From positions 1 through 64,000 of IMG/VR virus record IMGVR_UViG_3300029288_000119: a stretch of 64,000 nt of DNA; one strand, written 5' to 3'. Numbering within the stretch: the stretch's first letter is position 1; the number at the start of each line of letters is the position of its first letter. The notes beneath the pieces were generated by a model. It was not told the origin of the DNA and ran no database searches. It saw only the letters and a program-made list of their open reading frames with translations. The position numbers and the translations under genes were made by a program. This DNA comes from a virus. Lineage: Duplodnaviria; Caudoviricetes. Shown piece by piece: positions 1 to 9,857 of the stretch.

Positions 1-1
1 T

Positions 2-196
2 TGTGTTTCCTGTACTTGGATCTAAATATTTTCCTCTTTTAATTGACCAGTAATATATTATCGGTGGACATACCGAGATCGGATGAAACCTCATCGCATC
101 TATCAATTTTAAATAACCAGTATATGGATCTTCTATTGTTTCATTTTCATTAAATGAACAAAAATTATTAAGAATTTCTGAAGCGTATGATATCAT
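2..196 (-). CDS. Hypothetical protein, 3' end cut by window edge (MISYASEIL...YYWSIKRGKYLDPSTGNT)
   Basis: Read by hand; ATG overlaps the upstream stop (ATGA). Shares YYWSIKRxKYxDxxTG with 7969..8418. Confidence 0.7.
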   Translation of the reverse strand, partial: MISYASEILNNFCSFNENETIEDPYTGYLKLIDAMRFHPISVCPPIIYYWSIKRGKYLDPSTGNT

Positions 197-534
197 ATGA
201 TCTTTATGAAAACTTGTAGGTTTTTCTTCTTTGCTGTGTCAATCATATTCTTTGTTCCGCGACTTTCTCCGTCCCAGATCGCGATGAGTGCTTCACCATA
301 ATTCGCCATTTCTGAGTTTCGAATTATTCCAGCGGCTTTCCCATGTTTATCCCAATCGGCAGGAAATCTTTTAACTGGTATTTTGTGTTCATATGCCCAA
401 CGCTCACCAAGAGAATCAACGCCTCTTGCAGTTCCGCTAACGACTTCAGTGATTTCAAATTTCGATTCTTCAATTGCCTCTTTAACAATGTTATAATCGA
501 AAATCTCTCTTGAACCTGCAATTATAACTTTCAT
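193..534 (-). CDS. SLOG-family protein (YspA/DUF2493-like)
   Basis: MKVIIAGSR, VVSGTARGVD, AGIIRNSEM, WDGESRGTKNM motifs. Confidence 0.85.
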   Translation of the reverse strand: MKVIIAGSREIFDYNIVKEAIEESKFEITEVVSGTARGVDSLGERWAYEHKIPVKRFPADWDKHGKAAGIIRNSEMANYGEALIAIWDGESRGTKNMIDTAKKKNLQVFIKII

Positions 535-538
535 ATGA

Positions 539-739
539 CTACCACAATTCCTCTACTTTTTCAATCAGTTCCCAAACACCTTGATTTTCACTTGGATGAA
601 CCCAATTGATTGGTGCAATCCACCTGTAGCCATCTTCTAAAATTCCTATTGCTGCTAGTGAAGTTCCGCCGCCCTCACTTTTCTTCCAGTATATGCGATA
701 TAAACCATTACGGAGAGATAGCGATTCTTCCCATGTCAT
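539..739 (-). CDS. Hypothetical protein
   Basis: ATGA overlap with upstream stop at 736-739. Confidence 0.6.
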   Translation of the reverse strand: MTWEESLSLRNGLYRIYWKKSEGGGTSLAAIGILEDGYRWIAPINWVHPSENQGVWELIEKVEELW

Positions 740-1038
740 TTTAACCCCCATCGGAGCCATTCGATTTCAGCGAGATCCCAAGCAATTTCACAAACACCAT
801 CATAGTTCATTGAATGGCACCGAATTACATATGGAACTCGTCTCCACTGATTAGATTTAGCCCTTTCGAGAAGCCATTTAGCAACTTTTCCACCAGTAGG
901 TTCCCCGTCAAACAAATCATAGTCCAAAGAAATTTCTTCAACTTTATTCCTTTCTAACCATTCTATTGCTTCATCAGCTTTTCTTGTGTGAATCCAACCT
1001 TCTGGCGCAAGCCGATCATCATCAAGCCAGATTTTCAT
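736..1038 (-). CDS. Cyclic-phosphate-processing receiver-domain protein (RNA-repair associated)
   Basis: KIWLDDDR..PEGW, ISLDYDL, TG.KVA.WL, CHSMN pattern. Confidence 0.75.
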   Translation of the reverse strand: MKIWLDDDRLAPEGWIHTRKADEAIEWLERNKVEEISLDYDLFDGEPTGGKVAKWLLERAKSNQWRRVPYVIRCHSMNYDGVCEIAWDLAEIEWLRWGLK

Positions 1039-1658
1039 TTTATTTCTCTTGCCTTAACTTTAACCGAATATTTTTTATCTTCTCTTTGTTTTCCAGAACC
1101 TTTACATTTATCACATGTACTTTCAAATGTAAAACCCATACCACGGCAATTAGAGCATGGTATAGCCATCACAAAAAAACTATTACTTCCACCCTGTTTT
1201 TCATAAACTCGTCCATTTCCATTACATTTTTCACATGTTCTTTTGTTGTGAAATGGATCACCATTACATTTATCACATTTCATATGTTTTGATACAACAA
1301 ATTCTTTTGTTACACCATTGATCAATTCGTCTACTGAAAATGTTATATGTGCAGTTTGTTGTTTTTGATTGGAACGAGAACCGAAAAAATCACTAAGAAA
1401 ATCATTAAAATTGAAACCTCCACCAAAATCATCAGTATGTCGCCATGGATTAAAATCAGGTTGAAATTGTGTCCCTTTTGTTATTTGCTGGTATGCTTCA
1501 TTTATTTCTTTAAATTTTTCTTCATGGAGTTTCTTTTCGTTTTCATCAGTGAATTTATCGGGGTGATGTTCAAGAGCCAATTTTTTATATGCTTTTTTTA
1601 TTTCATCTTCCGAAGAATTTTGTGAAACACCGAGAATTTCATATGGATTTTTAGTCAT
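1035..1658 (-). CDS. dnaJ: DnaJ-like co-chaperone (J domain, G/F region, zinc finger; C-terminal domain truncated)
   Basis: NPYEILGV, HPD motif, FKEINEAY, four CxxCxGxx repeats; only 207 aa. Confidence 0.9.
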   Translation of the reverse strand: MTKNPYEILGVSQNSSEDEIKKAYKKLALEHHPDKFTDENEKKLHEEKFKEINEAYQQITKGTQFQPDFNPWRHTDDFGGGFNFNDFLSDFFGSRSNQKQQTAHITFSVDELINGVTKEFVVSKHMKCDKCNGDPFHNKRTCEKCNGNGRVYEKQGGSNSFFVMAIPCSNCRGMGFTFESTCDKCKGSGKQREDKKYSVKVKAREIK

Positions 1659-1872
1659 TTGTCTTTACAAAGTCTTTTAATATTCCTACATATCCACAAC
1701 AATTGCAACAACATTTGTCGTCTTGTTCTAATATGAGATCAGCCACATGATACTTTACATCCATGTTTGGATCTTGAACCCTTATACATGCCACAACCTC
1801 AATTGTTATTGAATCAGTTCCATTACAATCGGCATTTGGACATTTAAGATATGAAATTTCATCTATTTTCAT
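1651..1872 (-). CDS. Hypothetical zinc-ribbon protein
   Basis: CPNADC...CNCCG; start chosen to minimise overlap. Confidence 0.55.
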   Translation of the reverse strand: MKIDEISYLKCPNADCNGTDSITIEVVACIRVQDPNMDVKYHVADLILEQDDKCCCNCCGYVGILKDFVKTND

Positions 1873-2182
1873 TAGATTTCTTTTTCTGCGGCAACCACTC
1901 AAAGTGATCATTAATTTTTGTTATTTTTGATTGTGATTCAAGTTCTTTAAGATTTTTCTTGCCGATATCAAATCCGATTGATATATGGGTGTAATATCTC
2001 ACATTATCTTTATAGACAGAACCAAGTTTGCCTGTGTTTGCCGCATTTTCACAAAGAAGATAAACTTCTCCTGGCAATCCACCGACCCCAATTGCTATAT
2101 CGTATGCCTTAAAAGCATATGATTCTTCTGTTCTATTTTTATACAACCAATCGCTAATTCGCTCTATTGATACGCTTGGCAT
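1859..2182 (-). CDS. Hypothetical protein (possible winged helix)
   Basis: Tightly packed ORF in operon. Confidence 0.55.
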   Translation of the reverse strand: MPSVSIERISDWLYKNRTEESYAFKAYDIAIGVGGLPGEVYLLCENAANTGKLGSVYKDNVRYYTHISIGFDIGKKNLKELESQSKITKINDHFEWLPQKKKSNENR

Positions 2183-2409
2183 TATTGAACCTTTACGTTG
2201 TCTCTAAATACGGCTTCGATAATTGCAACCAGATTTAGAATATCATCTTCCCCGACTGCTATTGCATATTCAGAATGCTTATTTTTTAATTCATCTAAAT
2301 AATGCAATACTCTATTGCGGCAAATTTCCCCATCCTTAAATAACCATTCTATTTGATTGTTGTCACACATTTGTTTCTTTTCCTTTCTATTCATCAATAA
2401 TATGCCCAA
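2182..2409 (-). CDS. Hypothetical protein
   Basis: Packed ORF; true start may be further 3'. Confidence 0.5.
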   Translation of the reverse strand: MGILLMNRKEKKQMCDNNQIEWLFKDGEICRNRVLHYLDELKNKHSEYAIAVGEDDILNLVAIIEAVFRDNVKVQ

Positions 2410-2644
2410 TTACTTGTTGCGACTCATAGTGTTTGTGACATTTAGAACATTCATATTCTTTTAAAGCTGTGGCTGCTAGTGGAATCCATGGAGCATCACA
2501 ACATGGGGTTGTTTTATTCAAAATTTCCACTCTTAATCCAACATTAAATATCCCACTTTTACTACATGATTCACATCCGCCACCACTACATGTTGGACAA
2601 ACAACAGCCAGTGAATTTTTTGACCAGTTATATACCTTGTTCAT
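2387..2644 (-). CDS. Cys-rich hypothetical protein
   Basis: CPTC, CESC, CSKC motifs. Confidence 0.55.
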   Translation of the reverse strand: MNKVYNWSKNSLAVVCPTCSGGGCESCSKSGIFNVGLRVEILNKTTPCCDAPWIPLAATALKEYECSKCHKHYESQQVIGHIIDE

Positions 2645-2646
2645 TT

Positions 2647-2687
2647 AGACGACACGATACTCGTAAGAGATTCATCGTGTCGTTTTT
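2647..2687 (+). terminator. Strong intergenic hairpin with plus-strand U-tract
   Basis: AGACGACACGAT pairs with ATCGTGTCGTTT; inner CTC-GTAA-GAG (GNRA loop); T-run follows. Confidence 0.55.
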
Positions 2688-2695
2688 ATATCCTG

Positions 2696-3037
2696 TTATC
2701 GACTCATGCGATAGACATACGCGGGACGACCAAATTGGGTAATACGTTTGGCGGACTTCCTCTCAATTACCCCATTCTTCATGAAAATTTTAATGGCCTT
2801 CATAATGGTTGATTTGCTAAGATTACTACGATTAATAATCTTATTGAGATTGCTAAACTTGTTTCCACTGGCGGAAATGATTTCTCGTACTAAAGCCCTA
2901 TTCTGTTTTGCTTGGTTCTTCTTGTATTTTCGTAAATATTGACCCCCTCCTCCTTGAATGTTCTGGCCCTTATAACCAGAAACCTCCTGCACATTAATCG
3001 TCACAATGAATGAACCAATTCGCATTTTCTTCTGCAT
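2696..3037 (-). CDS. Winged-helix DNA-binding protein
   Basis: LSKSTIMKAIKIFMKNGVIER...GRPAYVY. Confidence 0.65.
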   Translation of the reverse strand: MQKKMRIGSFIVTINVQEVSGYKGQNIQGGGGQYLRKYKKNQAKQNRALVREIISASGNKFSNLNKIINRSNLSKSTIMKAIKIFMKNGVIERKSAKRITQFGRPAYVYRMSR

Positions 3038-3112
3038 TCTAACACTCCCTTTTTTAATAACCGAAATTGGTTATTATTATAAGCGCTATTGTAACATGTC
3101 CATGGCCAAGTG

Positions 3113-5077
3113 TCAAGCAATCATTTTCCAGAAATCGGCTTCGGAAAGAATGATGACTCCGAGCTTCTTTGCTTTTTGTGTCTTGTTAGATTCTTTTGAT
3201 GGGTCGGCCTGAACAAGATATGTAGTAGTTTTTGTAATAGACTCCGCTACTTCACCACCGTTTTCCCCTACAATTTCCCACATCTTATCGCGCGTGGTAT
3301 GTTTTCCTGTTTCCGGATCGATCCGTTCGATGGCACCCGTAAAGCAAAAGCTCTTTTTATTCAATTTTCCGCTCATTTTAGAAACCTCTTCTTTCTTTGC
3401 CGTTTCCTTACCTTTGATTTTTACTACAGTTAAAAGATCTTGGATGATTTCCTTTTTATTAATCATGCCAGAAAGAAAAGCATTGCCAACAGATTCTCCG
3501 ATCCCCTTAATACTTGTGAGTTTTCCCAGATTGTTCTCATTTGCAAGTTTAGTTAATCTATCAATAGTATCATATCCTTCATTAATTAATAGTTGGCACA
3601 TTTCGGTGGAAAATCCACGAATGTTTAGGCCACCAACAAAAATTGCCAATGGAATATTATATCGCTTACTTTGGACAGCTTCTACAATCTTTTCCGCCGA
3701 TCTATGACCTTGGCCCTCAAGAGTTTCAATTTGTTCAACGGTAAGACGATAAAGATCTGCCGGATTTTTCACAAGTTCGTGATTGTAAAGAAGTTCAATG
3801 GTTTTTTTGCCAATTCCTAGCGTTTTAATCCCTATTTTATCAATCCATTTAAGAATATGGCCAACATCATTGCCTGAACAATCCTCGTTATAGCACATGA
3901 GGAATTTGCCATCAACAGTTGTCTTACCGCTACATGTTGGACACTTATCAATGATTGGGAATCTTTTAGAATTGGTTTTGGAAACTACGCCACTAATGAA
4001 TGGAATTACATCATTTGAGCGAATTAGAACAATAGTATCTCCGGAACCAAGATTAAAATTATTAAAAATTTCTAAATTGTGAAGTAGAGCATGTGTGATT
4101 GTAACCCCACCAATTTGTGTTGGTTCGAGAATTGCAACTGGTGTTAAGCGTCCATTACGACCTTGATCCCAGCGAACATCGACAATCTTCGTGGTCTTTT
4201 CAATTGGTGGGAACTTCCAAGCAATCTGGGCTTTTGGATTTTTATTATATTCTCCCCATGCTTTCTGTTTATTGATGTTGTTTAGTTTAATAACCATCCC
4301 ATCAATATCGTGATCAAGATTTGCTCTTCGTGATGCGACATATTCATTAAAAATTCGAATGGCATCTTTTGTGGAAACAGAATGAGTTGAAACAGTTTGT
4401 AAGTCGTGATCACGCAAGAATTGAATTTTTTCGTCTTCCGTTTCCCATTCGAAGTCTTCGGATGCAACATCATAATAAAGGATAGTCAGATAATTACTAT
4501 ATTTATGATCAAACCTTGTTACAATTCCGCTTGCCGAATTACGTGGATTCTTGCACGATTCAATTTCGAGTAGTTTTTTGAAATCTGGGGCCAACAGGAA
4601 GATTTCACCACGAATACTTCCTGTGAAACTTTCAATTCTGGTTTTGACATTTTTCATCAATACGATATTTTCTAATACATCTTCGCCCTCAACGCCATTA
4701 GACCTGCGGCAGGCATGTTTCAGGGAGCCATTGACATATTCGAGGCTAATCGATGATCCGTCGAGTTTTTCTTGAATTACAAATGTTCCACTAAGGTCGT
4801 TGTCTGTCCCACCAATTTCTCGTGCCCATTTGACGAACTCTTCCTCAAAAATGACCTTGTTCAAACTAGTCATTGGAATTAGATGTTTATGGGTTGTCCA
4901 CGGGGTATCCCTAGGAACTGCTGCCCCGATTTTCTTTAGATAGTCATTGTTTGGATCGATTTTTCGAAGTTCGTCTTTAAGACTATCATATTCTTCATCA
5001 GATAATAGAGATTTACTTTTGTTGTAATAGTAATCATCTGCTTTGACCAATTTCATAACAATTTCTTTAATTTTCAT
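3113..5077 (-). CDS. ligA: NAD-dependent DNA ligase
   Basis: EKLDG adenylation motif, RGE, NPRN, DGMVIK, AWKF, OB fold, zinc finger, HhH, C-terminal BRCT (FCFTG). Confidence 0.97.
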   Translation of the reverse strand: MKIKEIVMKLVKADDYYYNKSKSLLSDEEYDSLKDELRKIDPNNDYLKKIGAAVPRDTPWTTHKHLIPMTSLNKVIFEEEFVKWAREIGGTDNDLSGTFVIQEKLDGSSISLEYVNGSLKHACRRSNGVEGEDVLENIVLMKNVKTRIESFTGSIRGEIFLLAPDFKKLLEIESCKNPRNSASGIVTRFDHKYSNYLTILYYDVASEDFEWETEDEKIQFLRDHDLQTVSTHSVSTKDAIRIFNEYVASRRANLDHDIDGMVIKLNNINKQKAWGEYNKNPKAQIAWKFPPIEKTTKIVDVRWDQGRNGRLTPVAILEPTQIGGVTITHALLHNLEIFNNFNLGSGDTIVLIRSNDVIPFISGVVSKTNSKRFPIIDKCPTCSGKTTVDGKFLMCYNEDCSGNDVGHILKWIDKIGIKTLGIGKKTIELLYNHELVKNPADLYRLTVEQIETLEGQGHRSAEKIVEAVQSKRYNIPLAIFVGGLNIRGFSTEMCQLLINEGYDTIDRLTKLANENNLGKLTSIKGIGESVGNAFLSGMINKKEIIQDLLTVVKIKGKETAKKEEVSKMSGKLNKKSFCFTGAIERIDPETGKHTTRDKMWEIVGENGGEVAESITKTTTYLVQADPSKESNKTQKAKKLGVIILSEADFWKMIA

Positions 5078-5083
5078 GGAAAT

Positions 5084-5112
5084 ATTATAACATGAACAAA
5101 AGGCTTTGCCAA
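5084..5112 (-). promoter_or_regulatory. Sigma70-type promoter giving a leaderless ligA mRNA
   Basis: TTGGCA-N17-TATAAT-N6-ATG with TG extension; no SD. Confidence 0.75.
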
Positions 5113-5134
5113 TTATAATTAAGGTAAAGAGGGA

Positions 5135-6400
5135 ATGGATATGGGATTAGCGGTGAAAATAAAATTGACAAAAAGACAAGAGGACAAAATATTGGAATTG
5201 TATCGGTTAGGTATGAACAGGGAAACGATAGCCCCACTAGTGCACACCACTGAACATGGGGTCAAGAAAACCATTAAAAAGTTTAGAAAAATATATGATT
5301 TTAGCAACAGGATTTGCGAATTAAATGAACAGAAAACAATAAAACTTAACGAGCATCAACTTCAGTGTATTATAGGAACCTTGTTAGGCGATGGATCATT
5401 AAGCATAAAACCATATGGACAAATATCCTATAGCACATCTCACGGATTGGAGCAAAGAGACTATTTAAAACACATTAGTAGTGTTCTTCGCGTTAATTGG
5501 CATAAATATGTTAAAAATGAAAACAGTTACTCTGCTGGCAAAGATTATTACAAACTAAATTACTATAATAAATATGAATTATTAAAAATAGCAAAATTTG
5601 TGTTGGCCAACAAAAGAAAGACAATAACCAAAGAATGGTGTGATCAATTAACTGCCGAGGGACTAGCATATTGGTTTATGGATGATGGGTCTAGCTGTAA
5701 TAGTGGCAGCTCCATATCAGTTGAGTTTTCCACTTTATCCTTTACTTTGAGGGAAATTAATATGTTACGAGACATGTTATTCATCAAATTCGGTATTTAC
5801 ACTACAATCAGAAAACATGGCAATGATGGATATGGTCGCGTGATATCGTTGCGACAAATATCGGTAAATAGATTTATGGATTTAATCGAGCCATATATTG
5901 TAGATTGTTTAAAATATAAAATTAAGAAAAGAAAGTGTGAAACATTAAAAATAAATCATCATCATTGGATATCCGACAAGCAAAAACAATTCATTTTAAA
6001 AAATTACAATAAATTAAGCACAAAAACAATTGCTGATATACTCCACATCAACCAAAGCACTGTCTTGCGCATTCAAACAAAAAAATATGGAAATAAACCA
6101 AAACCCGAACATCTATCGGAAAATAGATCCAGGGAAATATTAGATTGTTATATAAAATGTGACGGAAATTCTAATGAGGTTTGTAAAAAATTCGGTATTA
6201 CACATTCAATGTTATACCACATAAGAGCAAAATACGGGATAAAAGCATCTAGACCGTTTAGAAGATTAAGCAATAATCAAATTAAATACATTTTAAATAA
6301 CCACGGAAAAATGACGTTGAGAGCCATTGCTAGAATACTTCATATTAATAAATGCACGGTAAGCGATGTTTGGTGTAGATACCGTAGGAATACTAGATAG
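5135..6400 (+). mobile_element. Free-standing LAGLIDADG homing endonuclease with flanking HTH modules
   Basis: IIGTLLGDGS and LAYWFMDDGS motifs; opposite strand to neighbours; ATAATTA at 5115-5121. Confidence 0.88.
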
Positions 6401-6665
6401 CGTCAAAGAGTTTAAGCATCGATGCGTGGCATACCACATTCTGTGCCGCATTGTTAGTGTTTTCACTACGCAAAGATAAACGAGACACAATTTGCCCTCT
6501 TTTGTTGTAAATAGTGAAAACAGTTTGTGGGATGTATCCATCAACAGTAATAGATGTGCACAATGATAATGATGCGAATGGCCTATCTCTTCCCATTCTT
6601 CAAGATTCATTGGAATTTTGTGGTAGTTCCATGGTGATCATCCGAGCTTTTTATCAAGATGGTTA
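6395..6665 (+). ncRNA. Candidate structured RNA directly 3' of the endonuclease
   Basis: Several hairpins with plus-strand G-U pairs, including an 11-bp perfect stem 6458-6468/6512-6522; no convincing ORF. Confidence 0.3.
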
Positions 6666-7151
6666 TTATTTCTTTAGAATGTCTGATAGTTTATTTACGG
6701 GGTGAATTTTGCGTTTTCTAGACCCATCATTCCTAATTTCTTCATCATCATCAATCACCATATGATCATTTTTTCTGTCTTTTTTATATGGATCTTTATT
6801 AATTTTGTTTCCGGTTTTCATTCCAATTGGATTTTGATATCCGACTATTGAGGCAGTTGAACTCATTTCGTCTATTTTTCGAATTATTTCAGAATCAATA
6901 GCCTCTTCTTTTAGTGCTTTTTCTTTTCCGTCATTCTTGTCATCTTCATCTTCATCATCGAAATTCATTGTAAATGCAGCGGAATTGTATCCAACTGATC
7001 CTCCAGTCCCGGATACTTCATCTAAAAATTCCTCTTCGTAGCAGTATGTGTGATATGGAACCCCTTTTATTTTTATTTCTTCCTCTGGAAATACTTCCTC
7101 ATGACAAATAGCGCACAGTTTCATAATTTTAAAATTTCTCAACCTCCGCAA
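6666..7151 (-). CDS. Probable late, internal head protein
   Basis: ATAATTA-N4-TTG start; repeated DE(V/M)SxTxxxVGY units; acidic low-complexity linkers. Confidence 0.55.
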   Translation of the reverse strand: MRRLRNFKIMKLCAICHEEVFPEEEIKIKGVPYHTYCYEEEFLDEVSGTGGSVGYNSAAFTMNFDDEDEDDKNDGKEKALKEEAIDSEIIRKIDEMSSTASIVGYQNPIGMKTGNKINKDPYKKDRKNDHMVIDDDEEIRNDGSRKRKIHPVNKLSDILKK

Positions 7152-7161
7152 TTATTAATTA

Positions 7162-7707
7162 TTATTTAGTAGGTGTTTCTTTCATTGAATGAATATGATC
7201 ATAATAACCATTATAATATGCTCTATTAATGGCGTTTTTGGCAATTAATATTTCTTCCCAATGTGAATTTAAGCGATGTGTGTTAATAGAATTGCGAAAA
7301 TCTTTCATTTTGTACCATGAGTGATTCCAATATGGATGAGCTATCCTATCAAATACCTGATTCGCTTCTTCGACTGGAACAAATATGGCAAACATTGAAA
7401 ATATGTGAAACAATTGGGTATATTCTTCTTTGTATTTTTCCACAATTTTGCTGCTGTCTATCCATTCTATTGGCTCAGAATAAACCACTTTTCTTTGTGA
7501 TAAATATTCAACGAATTCATTTTTAAATTCATTCGAAAATCTAAAAACAGTGTAGTAATCTTCATAAAAGAAATGCCACTGCTTGTCCTGCTTTAAAACA
7601 TCGAAATAAACATCTTTTATGAAAGACCATGCACGATTTTCATTTTTATTAAAACTCTCCCCTTCAAAACTACAAATTTTTATTTCTTTCATTTCGTTTG
7701 TCTCCAA
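7162..7707 (-). CDS. Hypothetical protein
   Basis: 181-aa ORF in operon. Confidence 0.6.
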   Translation of the reverse strand: METNEMKEIKICSFEGESFNKNENRAWSFIKDVYFDVLKQDKQWHFFYEDYYTVFRFSNEFKNEFVEYLSQRKVVYSEPIEWIDSSKIVEKYKEEYTQLFHIFSMFAIFVPVEEANQVFDRIAHPYWNHSWYKMKDFRNSINTHRLNSHWEEILIAKNAINRAYYNGYYDHIHSMKETPTK

Positions 7708-7724
7708 TTCGGTATTCTGTAATT

Positions 7725-8033
7725 TTATTTCCTCACAAATTTTGCTTTTATTGCCGCCTCAAGAACAGCATCGATTGCATCTTTTTCGTTGAAAGCTCCG
7801 AATATTGCGACTCCAGTGAAGTATGATTCACTTCCGTCGCCAAGTTGGAAAGTTGCGCAATATTTATCTTTAATTTTCTTTACATCGAGAACGAAGCCAT
7901 CGCAATAAGCTCTCTTAAAATGAACACTTGGTGGACTTACAATTGGTTCATCATGCTCGTGCGTGAATTCAATCTTCTTTGGTAATTTTATCATCTTCAT
8001 CAACCCGGCAGAGAAATGATTTTTCTGTGTCAA
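7725..8033 (-). CDS. Hypothetical protein
   Basis: Packed ORF; start uncertain. Confidence 0.55.
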   Translation of the reverse strand: MTQKNHFSAGLMKMIKLPKKIEFTHEHDEPIVSPPSVHFKRAYCDGFVLDVKKIKDKYCATFQLGDGSESYFTGVAIFGAFNEKDAIDAVLEAAIKAKFVRK

Positions 8034-8418
8034 GAACTACAATCTTTGCTTCTTCACCCGGAATTCCAAAAATTTTTACTTCATCTCTAGAATTATCATT
8101 TTTATAAATAATGAGGTTTTTTATACTACCAATAATTTTATCGTCAATTTCTTTTGGCGCTGGAACGAAACCTTCCATTGCTTCAAACAATATACAAATA
8201 TTTTTACTTACTCCAATGTATCGAATATCTCTTTTAAAGAATGGGTCAGTATTCGTTTTTTCTTTTAATACTTTTTGTGTTAACAAATATAAATTAAAAA
8301 ACCATTCTAGTGGATTAATGTGGGGATGCTGGGCGTCTTTTTTTACTTCCTCACCAGTTTTATAATCTACATATTTGTTTCTTTTAATTGACCAATAATA
8401 TGTATTATCTTCTTTCAT
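7969..8418 (-). CDS. Hypothetical protein
   Basis: Shares YYWSIKRxKYxDxxTG with ORF 2..196. Confidence 0.65.
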   Translation of the reverse strand: MKEDNTYYWSIKRNKYVDYKTGEEVKKDAQHPHINPLEWFFNLYLLTQKVLKEKTNTDPFFKRDIRYIGVSKNICILFEAMEGFVPAPKEIDDKIIGSIKNLIIYKNDNSRDEVKIFGIPGEEAKIVVLDTEKSFLCRVDEDDKITKED

Positions 8419-8714
8419 TATAACCTCTTTTGACGCTTTACTATTACTCGTGTCAGAAAATCTAAGTCATCTTGGGCCTTTGGATGAAGTGTTTTTTCAT
8501 TCTCTTTGAGAGTTTTAAAGTATGTTATTAATGATTCTTCATAACTTACAATAGCATCGCCAAGTGAACATCCATATCCATATCTGTTAAGACGAGAATC
8601 AGAAATCACATAACCTTTCGTAGCCGAATGTGTTAATGCAACTTCAATCGGCTCTCTAAGAGTGAATTCTGGATCAGTGAGTCCATTAAGTAAAAATGTT
8701 TCATTATCTTTCAT
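8418..8714 (-). CDS. Possible HicB-like protein
   Basis: GYVISD..LNRYGYGCSLGDAI pattern resembles the HicB partial RNase H fold. Confidence 0.45.
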   Translation of the reverse strand: MKDNETFLLNGLTDPEFTLREPIEVALTHSATKGYVISDSRLNRYGYGCSLGDAIVSYEESLITYFKTLKENEKTLHPKAQDDLDFLTRVIVKRQKRL

Positions 8715-9196
8715 TTGTTCACTTGCTTAATATCGCAGCTTTCAAGAATTATTTTTCCGACCGAAGCGAATAACCAGTTTGCGAGATCTTCGGCTTCTTT
8801 ACGGCTAATAAAATATTCTTTTGCGTCTTTCATTGTTATCTTCACGCATTCTCTGCCATTGTGTTTTACATTCGAAGTTATTTTTATGTTTTGTACAAGT
8901 GTCTCGCAGACGAGATTGTCAATTTGTGACCACTTCTTATTGCGGTCCATATATTTGATCAAGTCACTTGATGTATAACTCCCGTATCTATTTGACTCAG
9001 AGGAGTCTCCAGCCCATCGTGTCCATTTTGATCTGATAATGGCTTCGATCTGTAGGTCGTTTAAACCTCGCTTTCGCAATGCCTTGATGCAAGATCCCCA
9101 CCCTCCACGATATGCATCTGTAGAGTATGCATCACTCAACCGATCTGCAAATGTGGTCACCTCTTCAACTACATCTTTTATTTTTTTATTAGTCAT
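8711..9196 (-). CDS. Phage hypothetical protein
   Basis: ATGA-coupled ORF with RSKWTRWAGD block. Confidence 0.6.
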   Translation of the reverse strand: MTNKKIKDVVEEVTTFADRLSDAYSTDAYRGGWGSCIKALRKRGLNDLQIEAIIRSKWTRWAGDSSESNRYGSYTSSDLIKYMDRNKKWSQIDNLVCETLVQNIKITSNVKHNGRECVKITMKDAKEYFISRKEAEDLANWLFASVGKIILESCDIKQVNK

Positions 9197-9522
9197 TGCT
9201 TATTGTTTTCTATTAAATTCAGTGCGATAGGAAGATCCATATCCACTAATCTATTTGCCACAAAAGAGTCGTGGATGTATTCTTCATTTTCTTTTATGTT
9301 CGAGATTATTTTGTCAGAAAGTGCTTCTAATAAATTATTAACTGGACAAACTGCATTTTGTACTGGTTTATCATTTTTACTATCAATCCACGTACGAAAA
9401 TCAATAATATAACAATCTATACAATATTGTGCTTTACCATCGCAATTTGTGTGTGAATCTCTAACACACGCCGCTTCACAACCCTTATGACAATTTCCGT
9501 TTTTATCGCAATGCCATTTCAT
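9193..9522 (-). CDS. Cys-rich hypothetical protein
   Basis: Packed ORF. Confidence 0.55.
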   Translation of the reverse strand: MKWHCDKNGNCHKGCEAACVRDSHTNCDGKAQYCIDCYIIDFRTWIDSKNDKPVQNAVCPVNNLLEALSDKIISNIKENEEYIHDSFVANRLVDMDLPIALNLIENNKQ

Positions 9523-9524
9523 AT

Positions 9525-9857
9525 TTATTTCTCTTTTCCCAGCATTTCATCCATTTCATTACCGAAAACTTCCTCAAAACCACAAAGAGAATAACCCATA
9601 AGCATATAATACTCCATCACATCGTGCACCGAAAAAAGTCCCGAATGATAAAGTCTTCCTATTTGATTTAGATCAATTAAGGGAATATCGTGCGAACACT
9701 GTACAACATAATCTATAACTTTGTTTCGTCTGAAACGTAACGTCTCGTCTTTATCACGAATTATTTCTGCTTGTGGAAATAGTTGCAAGATATCTTTATA
9801 ATGCTCGACAAGAACTGGATCATCGTGTGGAACTTTTTTATCATTATTGTTATTCAT
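9525..9857 (-). CDS. Hypothetical protein
   Basis: SD-led ORF; GYSLCGFEEVF block. Confidence 0.6.
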   Translation of the reverse strand: MNNNNDKKVPHDDPVLVEHYKDILQLFPQAEIIRDKDETLRFRRNKVIDYVVQCSHDIPLIDLNQIGRLYHSGLFSVHDVMEYYMLMGYSLCGFEEVFGNEMDEMLGKEK

